DNA from: an uncultured Clostridia bacterium | Lineage (GTDB): Bacteria > Bacillota > Clostridia > Oscillospirales > Ruminococcaceae | Assembly: GCA_947630825.1 (NCBI GenBank) | Contig: CANRJA010000009.1 | Span: forward strand, 686 to 64,685 | Direction: 5' to 3' | DNA: 64,000 nucleotides | Notes under the pieces: model-generated | The model's database searches: none | Told to the model about the DNA's origin: nothing | What the model saw: only the letters and a program-made list of their open reading frames with translations | Position numbers and translations under genes: made by a program | Shown: piece by piece, positions 47,193-56,392 of the stretch | How the letters are laid out: every line of letters begins with the position of its first letter | Position numbering within the stretch: the first letter of the stretch is position 1

Positions 47193-47640
47193 CATAATGT
47201 ATTTTGTTTGCATAACGGCGGTTAGTATTTTGTGTAAAAGGTAGGTGGCAACAGTGACCGCCGAGCTGGCGGTGGCTCTGCCGCTAGATGCAAGAGATTT
47301 AGAAGCAAGAAGCAAGAAATAAAGTTTAATGCTTTGTTCAAAAGATAATTTCTTGCATCTTGTCTCTAATCTCTAGCTTCTAATCGGTGACGTTGCATCT
47401 AATCCGCCTTTGGAAAGTTAGCATAATGTATTTTCTTTGCATAACGGCGGTGGCTCTGCTGCTAGATGCAAGAGATTTAGAAGCAAGAAGCAAGAAATAA
47501 AGTTTATTGCTTTGTTCAAAAGATAATTTCTTGCATCTTGTCTCTAATCTCTAGCTTCTAATCGGTGACGTTGCATCCAATCTGCCTTTAGATAGTATGT
47601 AAAATGTTATAGCTTGTACAACGGCAGGCTAATACTCTGC
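47157..47640. repeat. Mosaic repeat array: partial unit plus two exact-length 178-nt tandem units (47273-47450, 47451-47628)
   Basis: Each unit is TGGCTCTGC, then a 38-nt AAG/TAG heptad arm, a ~30-nt loop, the complementary arm, GGTGACGTTGCATC and box A. GGTGACGTTGCATC starts at 47157, 47386 and 47564. GC hairpin CCGCCGAGCTGGCGG at 47258-47272. Confidence 0.92.
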
Positions 47641-47663
47641 GGAAAAAATTAATTCTAGCATCT

Positions 47664-47700
47664 TAAAAGCCGAACGGAAAACCCGTTCGGCTCTTGTTTT
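47664..47700. terminator. Bidirectional intrinsic terminator (antiporter / nfnB-like convergent pair)
   Basis: AGCCGAACGG-AAAAC-CCGTTCGGCT, flanked by AAAA and by CTTGTTTT. Confidence 0.78.
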
Positions 47701-47709
47701 ATCACTATA

Positions 47710-49098
47710 CTATTTCGACTTTATATACTCGTCTATCGACTTAGCTGCGTCCTTTCCTGCACCCATTGCAAGAATAACAGTAGCTGCGCCTGTAACTGCG
47801 TCTCCGCCGGCGTAAATTCCCTCACGAGATGTCTTTCCCGTTTCCTCCTCAACTACAAAACAGCCATGCTTGTTGGTTTCAAGACCCTCTGTTGTGTTCC
47901 GAATAAGCGGATTGGGAGATGTTCCAATCGCCATAACAACGCAGTCGACGTCGAGAACAAACTCGCTTCCCTCTTTCGGAACAGGTCTGCGCCGTCCGCT
48001 TTCATCAGGCTCGCCGAGCTCCATCTCAATACACTTCATACCCTTTACAAACTTATGCTCGTCGCCCAGAATTTCAACGGGGTTGTTGAGCGTTTTGAAG
48101 ATAATACCCTCTTCCTTAGCATGTTCAACCTCCTCAGCACGGGCAGGAAGCTCGTTCATAGAACGGCGGTAAACTATATACACATTCTCTGCGCCCAGCC
48201 TTTTTGCGCTCCTTGCAGCGTCCATCGCAACGTTTCCTCCGCCGACTACGGCAACGCTTTTTGAGTTATGTATCGGAGTATCGCTGCCACTTTTGTAAGC
48301 CTTCATAAGGTTTACCCTTGTCAAATACTCGTTTGCGGAATACACGCCTTTAAGGTTTTCACCTGGTATTCGCATAAATCTCGGAAGTCCCGCGCCTGAG
48401 CCAATGAATACAGCCTCATAGCCGTCATCAAACAGCTCGTCAACAGAAATCGTCTTGCCAACGACTGTATTCGTCATTATTTTAACGCCCATTGCTTCGA
48501 GGTTTTCAATTTCTTTCTTAACGATAGCCTTAGGAAGTCTGAACTCAGGTATTCCGTAAACTAAGACTCCTCCTGCCAAGTGGAGTGCCTCGTAAATGGT
48601 GACTTCATAGCCCAGCCTTGCAAGATCGCCAGCGCAGGTCAAACCCGAAGGTCCTGCTCCTATTATTGCTACCCTGTGACCGTTTTGGTTGGGCTTTTTA
48701 GGTTCTTCCTTGCAGTTGTTCATATGATAATCGGCGACAAAACGCTCAAGTCTTCCGATAGCTACAGGCTCGCCCTTTATTCCCCTTACACACTTGCTTT
48801 CGCACTGCGTTTCCTGAGGGCAGACCCTACCGCATACGGCAGGGAGCGAGCTTGATTTCGATATTATCTGATATGCGCCCTCGAAGTCCTCTTCTCTAAT
48901 TTTAGATATAAACTCAGGTATATCTATAGCAACAGGACATCCCCCTACGCAAGGCTTGTTCTTGCAGTTTAAGCACCTGTTAGCCTCGTCTATTGCCCGC
49001 TCACGGGTGTAGCCGAGCGCTACCTCTTTAAAGTTTTTATTTCTCACGTCAGGAGCCTGAGACGGCATTTCATTTTTCTTTAGTGACATATTAGGCAT
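47710..49098 (-). CDS. nfnB: GltD-like NADPH oxidoreductase, NfnB/SudA type
   Basis: 462 aa. N-terminal Fe-S Cys motifs (CLNCKNKPC, CGRVCPQETQCESKC). Two Rossmann motifs (IIGAGPSGL, VVGGGNVAMD). Paired with the upstream NfnA-like gene. Confidence 0.8.
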   Translation of the reverse strand: MPNMSLKKNEMPSQAPDVRNKNFKEVALGYTRERAIDEANRCLNCKNKPCVGGCPVAIDIPEFISKIREEDFEGAYQIISKSSSLPAVCGRVCPQETQCESKCVRGIKGEPVAIGRLERFVADYHMNNCKEEPKKPNQNGHRVAIIGAGPSGLTCAGDLARLGYEVTIYEALHLAGGVLVYGIPEFRLPKAIVKKEIENLEAMGVKIMTNTVVGKTISVDELFDDGYEAVFIGSGAGLPRFMRIPGENLKGVYSANEYLTRVNLMKAYKSGSDTPIHNSKSVAVVGGGNVAMDAARSAKRLGAENVYIVYRRSMNELPARAEEVEHAKEEGIIFKTLNNPVEILGDEHKFVKGMKCIEMELGEPDESGRRRPVPKEGSEFVLDVDCVVMAIGTSPNPLIRNTTEGLETNKHGCFVVEEETGKTSREGIYAGGDAVTGAATVILAMGAGKDAAKSIDEYIKSK

Positions 49099-49103
49099 AA
49101 AAT

Positions 49104-49967
49104 CTACACGCTCCTTTCCAATTTCCTGAACAGATTGCAGGTTTCCTCATATCTTTGTCTTTCAAAATCCTTATACATATTTGAACGCTCGATAGCCTCG
49201 TCAAAATCCACAAGATGACCGTCAAAATCAGGTCCGTCAACACAGGCAAACTTCGTCTCTCCACCGACAGAAAGACGACAGCCTCCGCACATACCTGTAC
49301 CGTCTATCATAATGGGGTTCATAGAAACCATAGTCTTGATGTCATATTCTTTAGTGAGCTTACAAACGAACTTCATCATAACAAGCGGTCCTATCGCAAT
49401 GACTTCGTCGTACTTCTCTCCGCTTTCGATTAGCTTTTTCAAAGCGTCGGTCACAAGACCCTTTTCGCCATAGCTTCCGTCGTCTGTCATAACTACATAT
49501 TTGTCGCTGACAGCCTTAAACTCGTCCTCGAGAATGAGCAGATCCTTATTTCTAAAACCCACTACCGAGTGTACCTCACAGCCTGAGTTATGCAGCTTTT
49601 TAGCTACAGGATATGCAATCGCACAGCCTACTCCGCCACCTACAACAGCTACCTTTTTAAGCCCCTCTGTGTGAGTCGGAACTCCCAGCGGACCTACAAA
49701 ATCCTTTATCTCGTCGCCCTCGTTTAAGTGATTAAGCTTTTCAGTCGTACTGCCAACTATTTGGAAAATAATCGTAACAGTACCTGCCTGCCTGTCAAAA
49801 TCTGCAACGGTAAGCGGAATACGCTCTCCCTCGTCATCAACACGAAGTATTATAAACTGACCCGGTTCAGCCTTTTTTGCAACTAAAGGAGCGTCTATTT
49901 CCATAAGAGTAACCGTTGGGTTGAGCTCTTTTTTCTTGATTATTCTATACATTTCCTTCTTCACCAC
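49104..49967 (-). CDS. nfnA: Ferredoxin-NADP reductase-like FAD/[2Fe-2S] subunit, NfnA/SudB type
   Basis: 287 aa. The start is probably the internal ATG at 49952 (MYRIIKKKEL). C-terminal Cys cluster CGGCRLSVGGETKFACVDGP. Confidence 0.8.
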   Translation of the reverse strand: MVKKEMYRIIKKKELNPTVTLMEIDAPLVAKKAEPGQFIILRVDDEGERIPLTVADFDRQAGTVTIIFQIVGSTTEKLNHLNEGDEIKDFVGPLGVPTHTEGLKKVAVVGGGVGCAIAYPVAKKLHNSGCEVHSVVGFRNKDLLILEDEFKAVSDKYVVMTDDGSYGEKGLVTDALKKLIESGEKYDEVIAIGPLVMMKFVCKLTKEYDIKTMVSMNPIMIDGTGMCGGCRLSVGGETKFACVDGPDFDGHLVDFDEAIERSNMYKDFERQRYEETCNLFRKLERSV

Positions 49968-50020
49968 TTATATATTAAATATAGTATTAGGGTCAAAACC
50001 CTGTGATCGCACTGATATTA

Positions 50021-50049
50021 ATTATACTTTACATACCCCGTTTTGTCAA
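50021..50049 (-). promoter_or_regulatory. Consensus sigma-A promoter of nfnAB
   Basis: Minus strand TTGACA (50044-50049), 17 nt, TATAAT (50021-50026). The -35 box directly abuts a GC hairpin of the repeat family. Confidence 0.65.
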
Positions 50050-50554
50050 CCGCCAGCGAGCCGCTGGTTGCACTGCCGCCTTTGAAAAGATTGTAAGATG
50101 TTTCGATTTGTACAACGGCGGAATTTACTTTGTTTAGAAGACTGGCAAGCAACGGTGACTGGCGAGACGCTATCAGAGACAAGAAACTAGAAGCAAGAAG
50201 CAAGACGTTACTATTAGAACTTTGTGAAAAAGATAATTTCTTGCCTCTGACTTCTGGTCTCTTGCCTCTAACACTTTTGCCTCTAGGTACTAGCCTGCCG
50301 TTGTACAAAATAAACACTTTACACAAATTCTCCAAAGGCAGAGAGCCTGCGGCGGTTCGCCGCTGGCAGAGACAAGAAGCAAGAAGCAAGACGTTATTAT
50401 TAGAACTTTGTTAAAAAGATATTTTCTTGCCTCTGGCTTCTGGTCTCTTGCCTCTAGGTACTAGCCTGCCGTTGCACAGAATAAACACTTTATACAAATT
50501 CTCCAAAGGCAGAGAGCCTGCGGCGGTTCGCCGCTGGCTTCTTGTCTCTTGCTT
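50050..50554. repeat. Mosaic repeat array: GC hairpin, box A, then two tandem units (50174-50366, 193 nt; 50367-50537, 171 nt)
   Basis: Each unit is a CAG/AAG/TAG heptad arm, a loop (CGTTAYTATTAGAACTTTGT.AAAAAGATA), a CTTGCCTCT arm, inverted box A, and the GC hairpin GCGGCGGTTCGCCGC. The copies differ by a 7-nt and a 15-nt indel. Confidence 0.92.
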
Positions 50555-51586
50555 CTAAGAGGGTAATATTATCTGCTCTCCGCCAGACAGACCGCTTACT
50601 ATCTCAGTTTCGGTATCGTCCTGAATACCTATCTCAACATCAGTCTGAATTTTCATACCGTCAACAAGAACATCCACATAGTTTGTTTCATTAACGGTTT
50701 TAATTGCCTCAGTGGGAACTATAACCACATTCGGCTTTGAATAAACGTCAATGGACGCATTTATCGTATCTCCGTAGCTTACAAGCTCGGAGTTTTGCTT
50801 ATCAGGCGTAATTACATAATAATATGCGTCGTAATCTCCTCCGCCCTCTTGAAATACTATATCGGTTATCTTTCCGTTTTCGGTCGTTTTGCCCTGAGTA
50901 AGTGTGCAATTCATACCAAAGCTCACATCTTCAAACTGCTCGTTAGCGTATACCATTATACACAGTCTCTCGCCGTTTGCCGCCTGCATAGTACAAAGCG
51001 TCTGCCCTGCCGATACAAAAGAGCCTTTTTTTATCTCCTTGCCCTCCTCGTACTGAACGCTTACCTCTCCCTTATATGGAGCTTTAACAGTGTACTTCTC
51101 ACGCTCATTTATGAGACTGTCATATGCGTTCTGTTCAATCAAAACGTCGTATTCAGCAGATTTTATCTCGTTTTTATCAGACCTCTTTTTTCTATTCAGC
51201 TTAGATAAAGTCTTTTTAGCAGAACTTAGCCTCAGCTTTTGTTCATCAATCCTCTTGTCTATCTCGTCGGTGTTAAGTCGCGCCAGAACTTCTCCTTTTT
51301 TTACATTTTCTCCGTCCTCAGCATTGAACGACGATACTATGCCGTCTATCTCAAAGGAAATCGCTTCTTTGTAAGGATTGACATAGTCAGCCTCGTGGTA
51401 ATACTTTTGATTTATCGTTCCTATCTTTGCCTCGACGATATTATTTTCCTTGCTTTCAGAGCTGACCTGCGGAGTGTATATCTCTTTAGCAACATCTGCC
51501 GGTTTGCTTTGCTGTGAACAGCCTGTAAATAAGACAACACACAATATAGTCAGCAAAACGCAAAAAAACCTCAACGTTTTTTTCAT
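50555..51586 (-). CDS. Lipoprotein, efflux-pump periplasmic adaptor (HlyD/MFP-like)
   Basis: ORF 50555-51613. Start moved to ATG 51586 (MKKTLRFFCVLLTILCVVLFTGC lipobox). Central coiled coil and a C-terminal beta-barrel-like region. Confidence 0.6.
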   Translation of the reverse strand: MKKTLRFFCVLLTILCVVLFTGCSQQSKPADVAKEIYTPQVSSESKENNIVEAKIGTINQKYYHEADYVNPYKEAISFEIDGIVSSFNAEDGENVKKGEVLARLNTDEIDKRIDEQKLRLSSAKKTLSKLNRKKRSDKNEIKSAEYDVLIEQNAYDSLINEREKYTVKAPYKGEVSVQYEEGKEIKKGSFVSAGQTLCTMQAANGERLCIMVYANEQFEDVSFGMNCTLTQGKTTENGKITDIVFQEGGGDYDAYYYVITPDKQNSELVSYGDTINASIDVYSKPNVVIVPTEAIKTVNETNYVDVLVDGMKIQTDVEIGIQDDTETEIVSGLSGGEQIILPS

Positions 51587-51616
51587 AAAATTACACCCCT
51601 CAATCAATATCAACCG

Positions 51617-52753
51617 CTAATTCAACAGTCTCGAAATCACTGCGTTTGAAACCAAAAAACCCCTTTTGGTAAGTGATAAATTCTTTCCGTCCCGTGAAAT
51701 GTTTACCAGTCTTTCACCCGACAGCCTGTTTATCTCCTCTGCATTTGAAATTATATTTTTATATCTGCCTTCCTTGTCTAATCTTGTAAGCCTGTCGGCG
51801 TCCAGCCCCTCCGCCAGCCTTAAAGAAAGCATAATATATTCCTCTGCTTTATCAACGTCAGTATCGGTATAAGTTATCTCCTGCTCGCCGTTATTCTTGA
51901 TAAATTCCAATACGCCGCAGTCCTCAAAGTATCTCTTGTTGTCAAAGTATGAGTGTGCGTGCGGTCCAAAGCCTAAATACTCCTCGCATCTCCAGTACTT
52001 AAGATTGTGTCTGTTTTCAAAGCCCGTCTTTGCAAAGTTTGATATCTCGTACTGCAAAAAGCCCTTTTCCTCAAGAAGTCTTGTCATAAGCAGATATCTC
52101 TCTGCTAGCTCGTCTTCATCTGCAATGCTATTTAAAAGACTGCCGTCTCTTTTTATCATCTCATCAAGCGGAGTGTTCTCCTCAACCTTGAGCATATATG
52201 CTGATATGTGACTTACAGGGAGCGAGGTTATCTTATCTATCGAATCAATAAGGCTTTCCCTTGTCTGATCAATAATACCTATCATAATGTCTGCTGATAT
52301 GTTTGTAAATCCTGCCCTTTCGGCATTAAAGACCGCCTCTTTTGCCTGTTTGTAATTGTGCAGTCTCGACAACGCCGACAACTCATTGTCAACAGCCGAT
52401 TGAATACCGAATGATATTCGGTTAAATCCGCCGTTAAAAAGCTCGCTCAAGCTTTCCTCTGTTACAGTACACGGATTTGCCTCAACAGTAATCTCGGCGT
52501 TGGGAGAAACATCAAAGTTGTGCTTAACAGTGTTCATAATTGAAACCAGCTGACTGCTTTTTAAAACTGTAGGCGTTCCTCCGCCGAAATATACAGTATC
52601 GACCTTTATCGACTTGTTTGAACGTCTTTTTATTGAATTGCTAACAGCTGAAACGAAACCGCTGTACAGCTTATCGTCACCGCACACCGAATAGAAATCG
52701 CAATATATACATTTTCTTTTGCAAAAGGGAATATGAATATAAACTCCGCACAT
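51617..52753 (-). CDS. hemW: Radical SAM heme chaperone HemW (coproporphyrinogen III oxidase-like)
   Basis: 378 aa. CxxxCxxC (CKRKCIYCDF), GGGTP, and a HemN_C-like tail. Conserved lepA-hemW synteny. Confidence 0.88.
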   Translation of the reverse strand: MCGVYIHIPFCKRKCIYCDFYSVCGDDKLYSGFVSAVSNSIKRRSNKSIKVDTVYFGGGTPTVLKSSQLVSIMNTVKHNFDVSPNAEITVEANPCTVTEESLSELFNGGFNRISFGIQSAVDNELSALSRLHNYKQAKEAVFNAERAGFTNISADIMIGIIDQTRESLIDSIDKITSLPVSHISAYMLKVEENTPLDEMIKRDGSLLNSIADEDELAERYLLMTRLLEEKGFLQYEISNFAKTGFENRHNLKYWRCEEYLGFGPHAHSYFDNKRYFEDCGVLEFIKNNGEQEITYTDTDVDKAEEYIMLSLRLAEGLDADRLTRLDKEGRYKNIISNAEEINRLSGERLVNISRDGKNLSLTKRGFLVSNAVISRLLN

Positions 52754-53235
52754 TATAAATTATCCTCATTAGAATTAACGTCATCGAACGCATTGTCGAT
52801 ATAATCTTTGACTGCCGTTTTATTGTCTCTGAATTTTCTAAAAAGACCTTTAAACCCAAATATTATCAGGCAAATCAAATAGCCTGACAGCAAAATCAAC
52901 ACCACAGAAACATAATATCTGAAGTGTTCCGCCATTTCCAGAGCAAAATATTTAGAATTTCTCTCTAAGAAATCAACGACCCTTTCGTGAATAAACAGAT
53001 AAAGGCAAGCTCCCAAAACAGATGATACAGCAAGCGTTACCGTAATTCCGAGCAGAGCCTCCTTAAAGCTGAACTGTGACAGTCTGACAGTCATAGCCAA
53101 TACAAGTGCCGACAGCACCAAAAGTGAAAAGGTTTTCCCAATATTGGCGTAGCTTTCGTGTATAAACGGAAGTAACACCGCACCGATAAATCCGTAGATA
53201 AGCGAATATTTCATTGCCTTTTGAATATTAGTCAT
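52753..53235 (-). CDS. Membrane protein, unknown function
   Basis: 160 aa, four predicted TM. Its stop overlaps the hemW start (shared nt 52753). Confidence 0.5.
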   Translation of the reverse strand: MTNIQKAMKYSLIYGFIGAVLLPFIHESYANIGKTFSLLVLSALVLAMTVRLSQFSFKEALLGITVTLAVSSVLGACLYLFIHERVVDFLERNSKYFALEMAEHFRYYVSVVLILLSGYLICLIIFGFKGLFRKFRDNKTAVKDYIDNAFDDVNSNEDNL

Positions 53236-53276
53236 TTAGTTGCGGATATCCTTTCAATAATGTTGTTCTATGTTAC

Positions 53277-55088
53277 CTACTCATCAAGTTTCAGAACGCT
53301 CATAAACGCCTCCTGCGGAACTTCTACCGAGCCCAGCTGACGCATTTTCTTTTTACCTTCCTTTTGCTTTTCAAGAAGTTTTTTCTTTCTGGTTATATCA
53401 CCGCCGTAACACTTTGCCAAGACGTCTTTTCTCATAGCCTTAACGGTTTCTCTGGCGATTATCTTTCCGCCTATCGCCGCCTGAATCGGTACTTCAAAAA
53501 GCTGACGGGGAATAGTTTCCTTTAGCTTTTCGCAGATACGTCTTCCTCTTGCATAAGCCTTATCGGTATGAACGATAAACGAAAGTGCGTCTACGACCTC
53601 GCCGTTTAACAAAATATCCAGCTTGACCAGCTTGCTCTCCTGATAGCCCTTCATCTCGTAGTCGAACGACGCATATCCCCTAGTACGTGACTTCAAAGCG
53701 TCGAAGAAGTCATAAACTATCTCATTAAGCGGAAGCTCATAGTGAAGCTCCACTCTTGTCTCGTCTAAATACTTCATATCCTTGAACGTACCTCGTCTGT
53801 CCTGACAAAGCTCCATAATATTACCAACAAACTCGCTCGGAGTAAGAATATCCGCGCTGACAACAGGCTCTTCGGCAGACGCAATTAGCCCAAGATTAGG
53901 GTAATTTGTAGGGTTGTCGATATAAAGAACATCTCCGTTTGTCATCGTGACCCTATAAATAACCGACGGCGCAGTTGTAATCAAATCGAGATTATACTCT
54001 CGCTCAAGACGTTCTGCAATTATCTCCATATGCAAAAGACCCAAAAATCCGCATCTGAAGCCAAAGCCCAGAGCAATAGACGTTTCAGGCTCAAACGACA
54101 AAGAAGCGTCGTTAAGTCTCAGCTTTTCGAGAGCGTCACGCAGGTCTGGATATTTAGCGCCGTCTGTGGGGTAAATACCCGAATAAACCATTGGATTTAC
54201 CTTTTTATATCCCTCCAGCGGTTCTGAGCAGGGATGCTCAACAGACGTTACTGTATCGCCCACACGGGTATCGCCAATGTCCTTTATAGAAGCCGCAATA
54301 TAGCCTACCTCACCCGATTTAAGTTCGCCCGACGGCACTAAGTTGGTCGCACCCATATAGCCTATCTCAACGGTCTGGAACTCTGCTCCTGTTGCAAACA
54401 TTTTTATAGTCTCGCCGACCTTGAGCGTACCCTCTTTAACTCTGACAAATATAATTACACCCTTATACTGGTCGTAATAGCTGTCGAATATAAGAGCCTT
54501 TAATAGGGCGTTGTCATCGCCCTTCGGCGCAGGTATATCGGTAATTACTCTCTCTAAAACTTCCTCAATGTTTATTCCCATTTTGGCTGATATTCTCGGT
54601 GCGTCAAGAGCGGGAATTCCTATTACGTTTTCTATCTCCTCGCAGGCATTCTGAGGATCGGCACTGGGCAGGTCTATCTTGTTCACCACAGGCAGAACTT
54701 CAAGGTCGTGTTCAATGGCAAGGTAAGTGTTGGCGAGCGTCTGAGCCTCTATTCCCTGAGAGGCGTCGACGACCAAAATCGCTCCCTCGCACGCCGCCAA
54801 AGAACGTGAGACCTCGTAATTAAAGTCAACGTGACCCGGTGTATCTATCAAATTGAACACGTAAGTCTCACCATTTTTAGCCTTGTAGTTAAGCCTTACA
54901 GCCCTTGCTTTTATGGTTATGCCTCTCTCACGCTCAATATCCATATTGTCGAGAAGCTGTTCCTCCATATCCCTCAGCTCAACCGAAGAGGTAAGCTCCA
55001 AAATCCTGTCGGCAAGCGTGGACTTGCCGTGATCTATATGTGCAATTATACAAAAATTTCTAATCTGTTCTTTGTTCATAAAATTCAT
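53277..55088 (-). CDS. lepA: Translation elongation factor 4
   Basis: 603 aa. [10 protein letters not shown]1 motif, DTPGH, NKID, and the LepA-specific C-terminal domain. ATG 55079 is an alternative start. Confidence 0.96.
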   Translation of the reverse strand: MNFMNKEQIRNFCIIAHIDHGKSTLADRILELTSSVELRDMEEQLLDNMDIERERGITIKARAVRLNYKAKNGETYVFNLIDTPGHVDFNYEVSRSLAACEGAILVVDASQGIEAQTLANTYLAIEHDLEVLPVVNKIDLPSADPQNACEEIENVIGIPALDAPRISAKMGINIEEVLERVITDIPAPKGDDNALLKALIFDSYYDQYKGVIIFVRVKEGTLKVGETIKMFATGAEFQTVEIGYMGATNLVPSGELKSGEVGYIAASIKDIGDTRVGDTVTSVEHPCSEPLEGYKKVNPMVYSGIYPTDGAKYPDLRDALEKLRLNDASLSFEPETSIALGFGFRCGFLGLLHMEIIAERLEREYNLDLITTAPSVIYRVTMTNGDVLYIDNPTNYPNLGLIASAEEPVVSADILTPSEFVGNIMELCQDRRGTFKDMKYLDETRVELHYELPLNEIVYDFFDALKSRTRGYASFDYEMKGYQESKLVKLDILLNGEVVDALSFIVHTDKAYARGRRICEKLKETIPRQLFEVPIQAAIGGKIIARETVKAMRKDVLAKCYGGDITRKKKLLEKQKEGKKKMRQLGSVEVPQEAFMSVLKLDE

Positions 55089-55316
55089 CCATTCATAATA
55101 TATATACTAAATATTTTACCATAAACGCAATAAAAATTCAACCCAGCATGGGGGAATGTTGAATTAACACCCTTCAAAACATTGGTTATTTTTTAATAAT
55201 TCTTTATTGAAGCGATAGCGTTCCTCACCGTTCAATAGACTAAGTTTGCATAACCTTTAATTATCAAACAAACCCCGAAAAACTGATGTTTTCCGAGGTT
55301 TGTAAATTGTGTATTC

Positions 55317-55718
55317 TTATCTCTTCGAGAACTGTGGAGCTCTTCTTGCTGCCTTTAAGCCGTACTTCTTTCTTTCCTTCATTCTCGGGTCTCTTGTCAG
55401 GAAGCCTGCTGCTTTAAGCTGTGGACGAAGCTCTGCATTAGCTTCAACTAATGCCCTAGAAATTCCGTGCCTGATTGCTCCTGCCTGACCTGTAACTCCT
55501 CCGCCTTTAACTGTGCATACAACGTCGTAGTTCTGTACATTTCCTGTAAGCTCAAGCGGCTGCCTTACAATAAGTTTCAATGTCTCAAGACCAAAATAAT
55601 CGTCAATGTCTCTTTCATTGATGGTTACCTTGCCACTGCCTTGATATAGTCTTACTCTTGCTACAGAGTTCTTTCTTCTTCCTGTTCCATAAAAATATGG
55701 CTGTTTTGATTCGTACAT
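55317..55718 (-). CDS. rpsI: 30S ribosomal protein S9
   Basis: 133 aa; ends ...RRAPQFSKR. Confidence 0.97.
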   Translation of the reverse strand: MYESKQPYFYGTGRRKNSVARVRLYQGSGKVTINERDIDDYFGLETLKLIVRQPLELTGNVQNYDVVCTVKGGGVTGQAGAIRHGISRALVEANAELRPQLKAAGFLTRDPRMKERKKYGLKAARRAPQFSKR

Positions 55719-55734
55719 CTAAATGCTCCTTTCT

Positions 55735-56160
55735 TTATAGCTCGTAAGCTTCCGGCCTCTGTGCAGCGTGATTGTGTGTGTCGCCTTTGTATACCCTTAA
55801 ACGTGTTGCTGCTGTTCTGCCAAGTGTGTTGTTAGGAAGCATTCCGTTTACTGCTAGTGTCATTGCTTTGTCTGACCTTTCAGCCATCATCTTGTCATAC
55901 TTGATCTCTTTAAGTCCGCCTATCCAGCCTGTGTGCCATCTGTGGAATTTCTGGTCTAGCTTTTTGCCAGTCAATACAGCCTTGTCAGTGTTTATGATGA
56001 TTACAAAATCACCACAGTCTGCGTGAGGTGCATATGTCGGCTTGTGCTTTCCGCGAAGAATGTGTGCAGCCTTTGCGGCAGTTCTTCCAAGAGATTCGCC
56101 TGCTGCATCAATAACATACCATTTGCGCTCAATGTCGCTTGCCTTTGGCATATAAGTCAT
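55735..56160 (-). CDS. rplM: 50S ribosomal protein L13
   Basis: 141 aa; KWYVIDAAG...LGRTAA motif. Confidence 0.97.
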   Translation of the reverse strand: MTYMPKASDIERKWYVIDAAGESLGRTAAKAAHILRGKHKPTYAPHADCGDFVIIINTDKAVLTGKKLDQKFHRWHTGWIGGLKEIKYDKMMAERSDKAMTLAVNGMLPNNTLGRTAATRLRVYKGDTHNHAAQRPEAYEL

Positions 56161-56269
56161 AGTTGTTTTCCTCCAATTAAGTTTTTTCTTTCCTGCTTTA
56201 TTGGTTCAGCATACCCATTAAAGCCGAAGCAACATTTAACATTATAATGTTTAGCAAATTGGTTGTCAA
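56161..56269 (-). promoter_or_regulatory. Consensus sigma-A promoter and ~75-nt leader of rplM-rpsI (possible L13 leader)
   Basis: Minus strand TTGACA (56264-56269), 17 nt, TATAAT (56241-56246). No structure was verified in the leader. Confidence 0.6.
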
Positions 56270-56392
56270 GAGGTAAATTGCTAAAATTTTAAAATATATC
56301 CTCTATTCTCTTGAAATCTCTCTGTTTTTCTTTAATTCTCTATGTTTCTTTAGTTTCATTTCATTGTTTACAATTTGTTCATAAAGCAAACA

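Noticed and set aside
47273-47628. Possible CRISPR array, suggested by regularly spaced repeated sequence
   Set aside because: The units are contiguous 178-nt direct repeats without unique spacers. They are internally hairpin-structured, and there are no cas genes. This is not CRISPR.
50018-50414. ORFs 50018-50389 (-) and 50130-50414 (+), 123 and 94 aa
   Set aside because: Both lie entirely within the tandem mosaic repeats and translate into low-complexity, repeat-derived peptides (LLELC..., SKTLLLELC twice). Neither has an RBS. They are repeat artefacts.
55261-55310. rpsI terminator hairpin (CAAACCCCGAAAA / TTTTCCGAGGTTTG)
   Set aside because: The stem is imperfect, with only a three-T tail on the minus strand. 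It is plausible but too weak to list.
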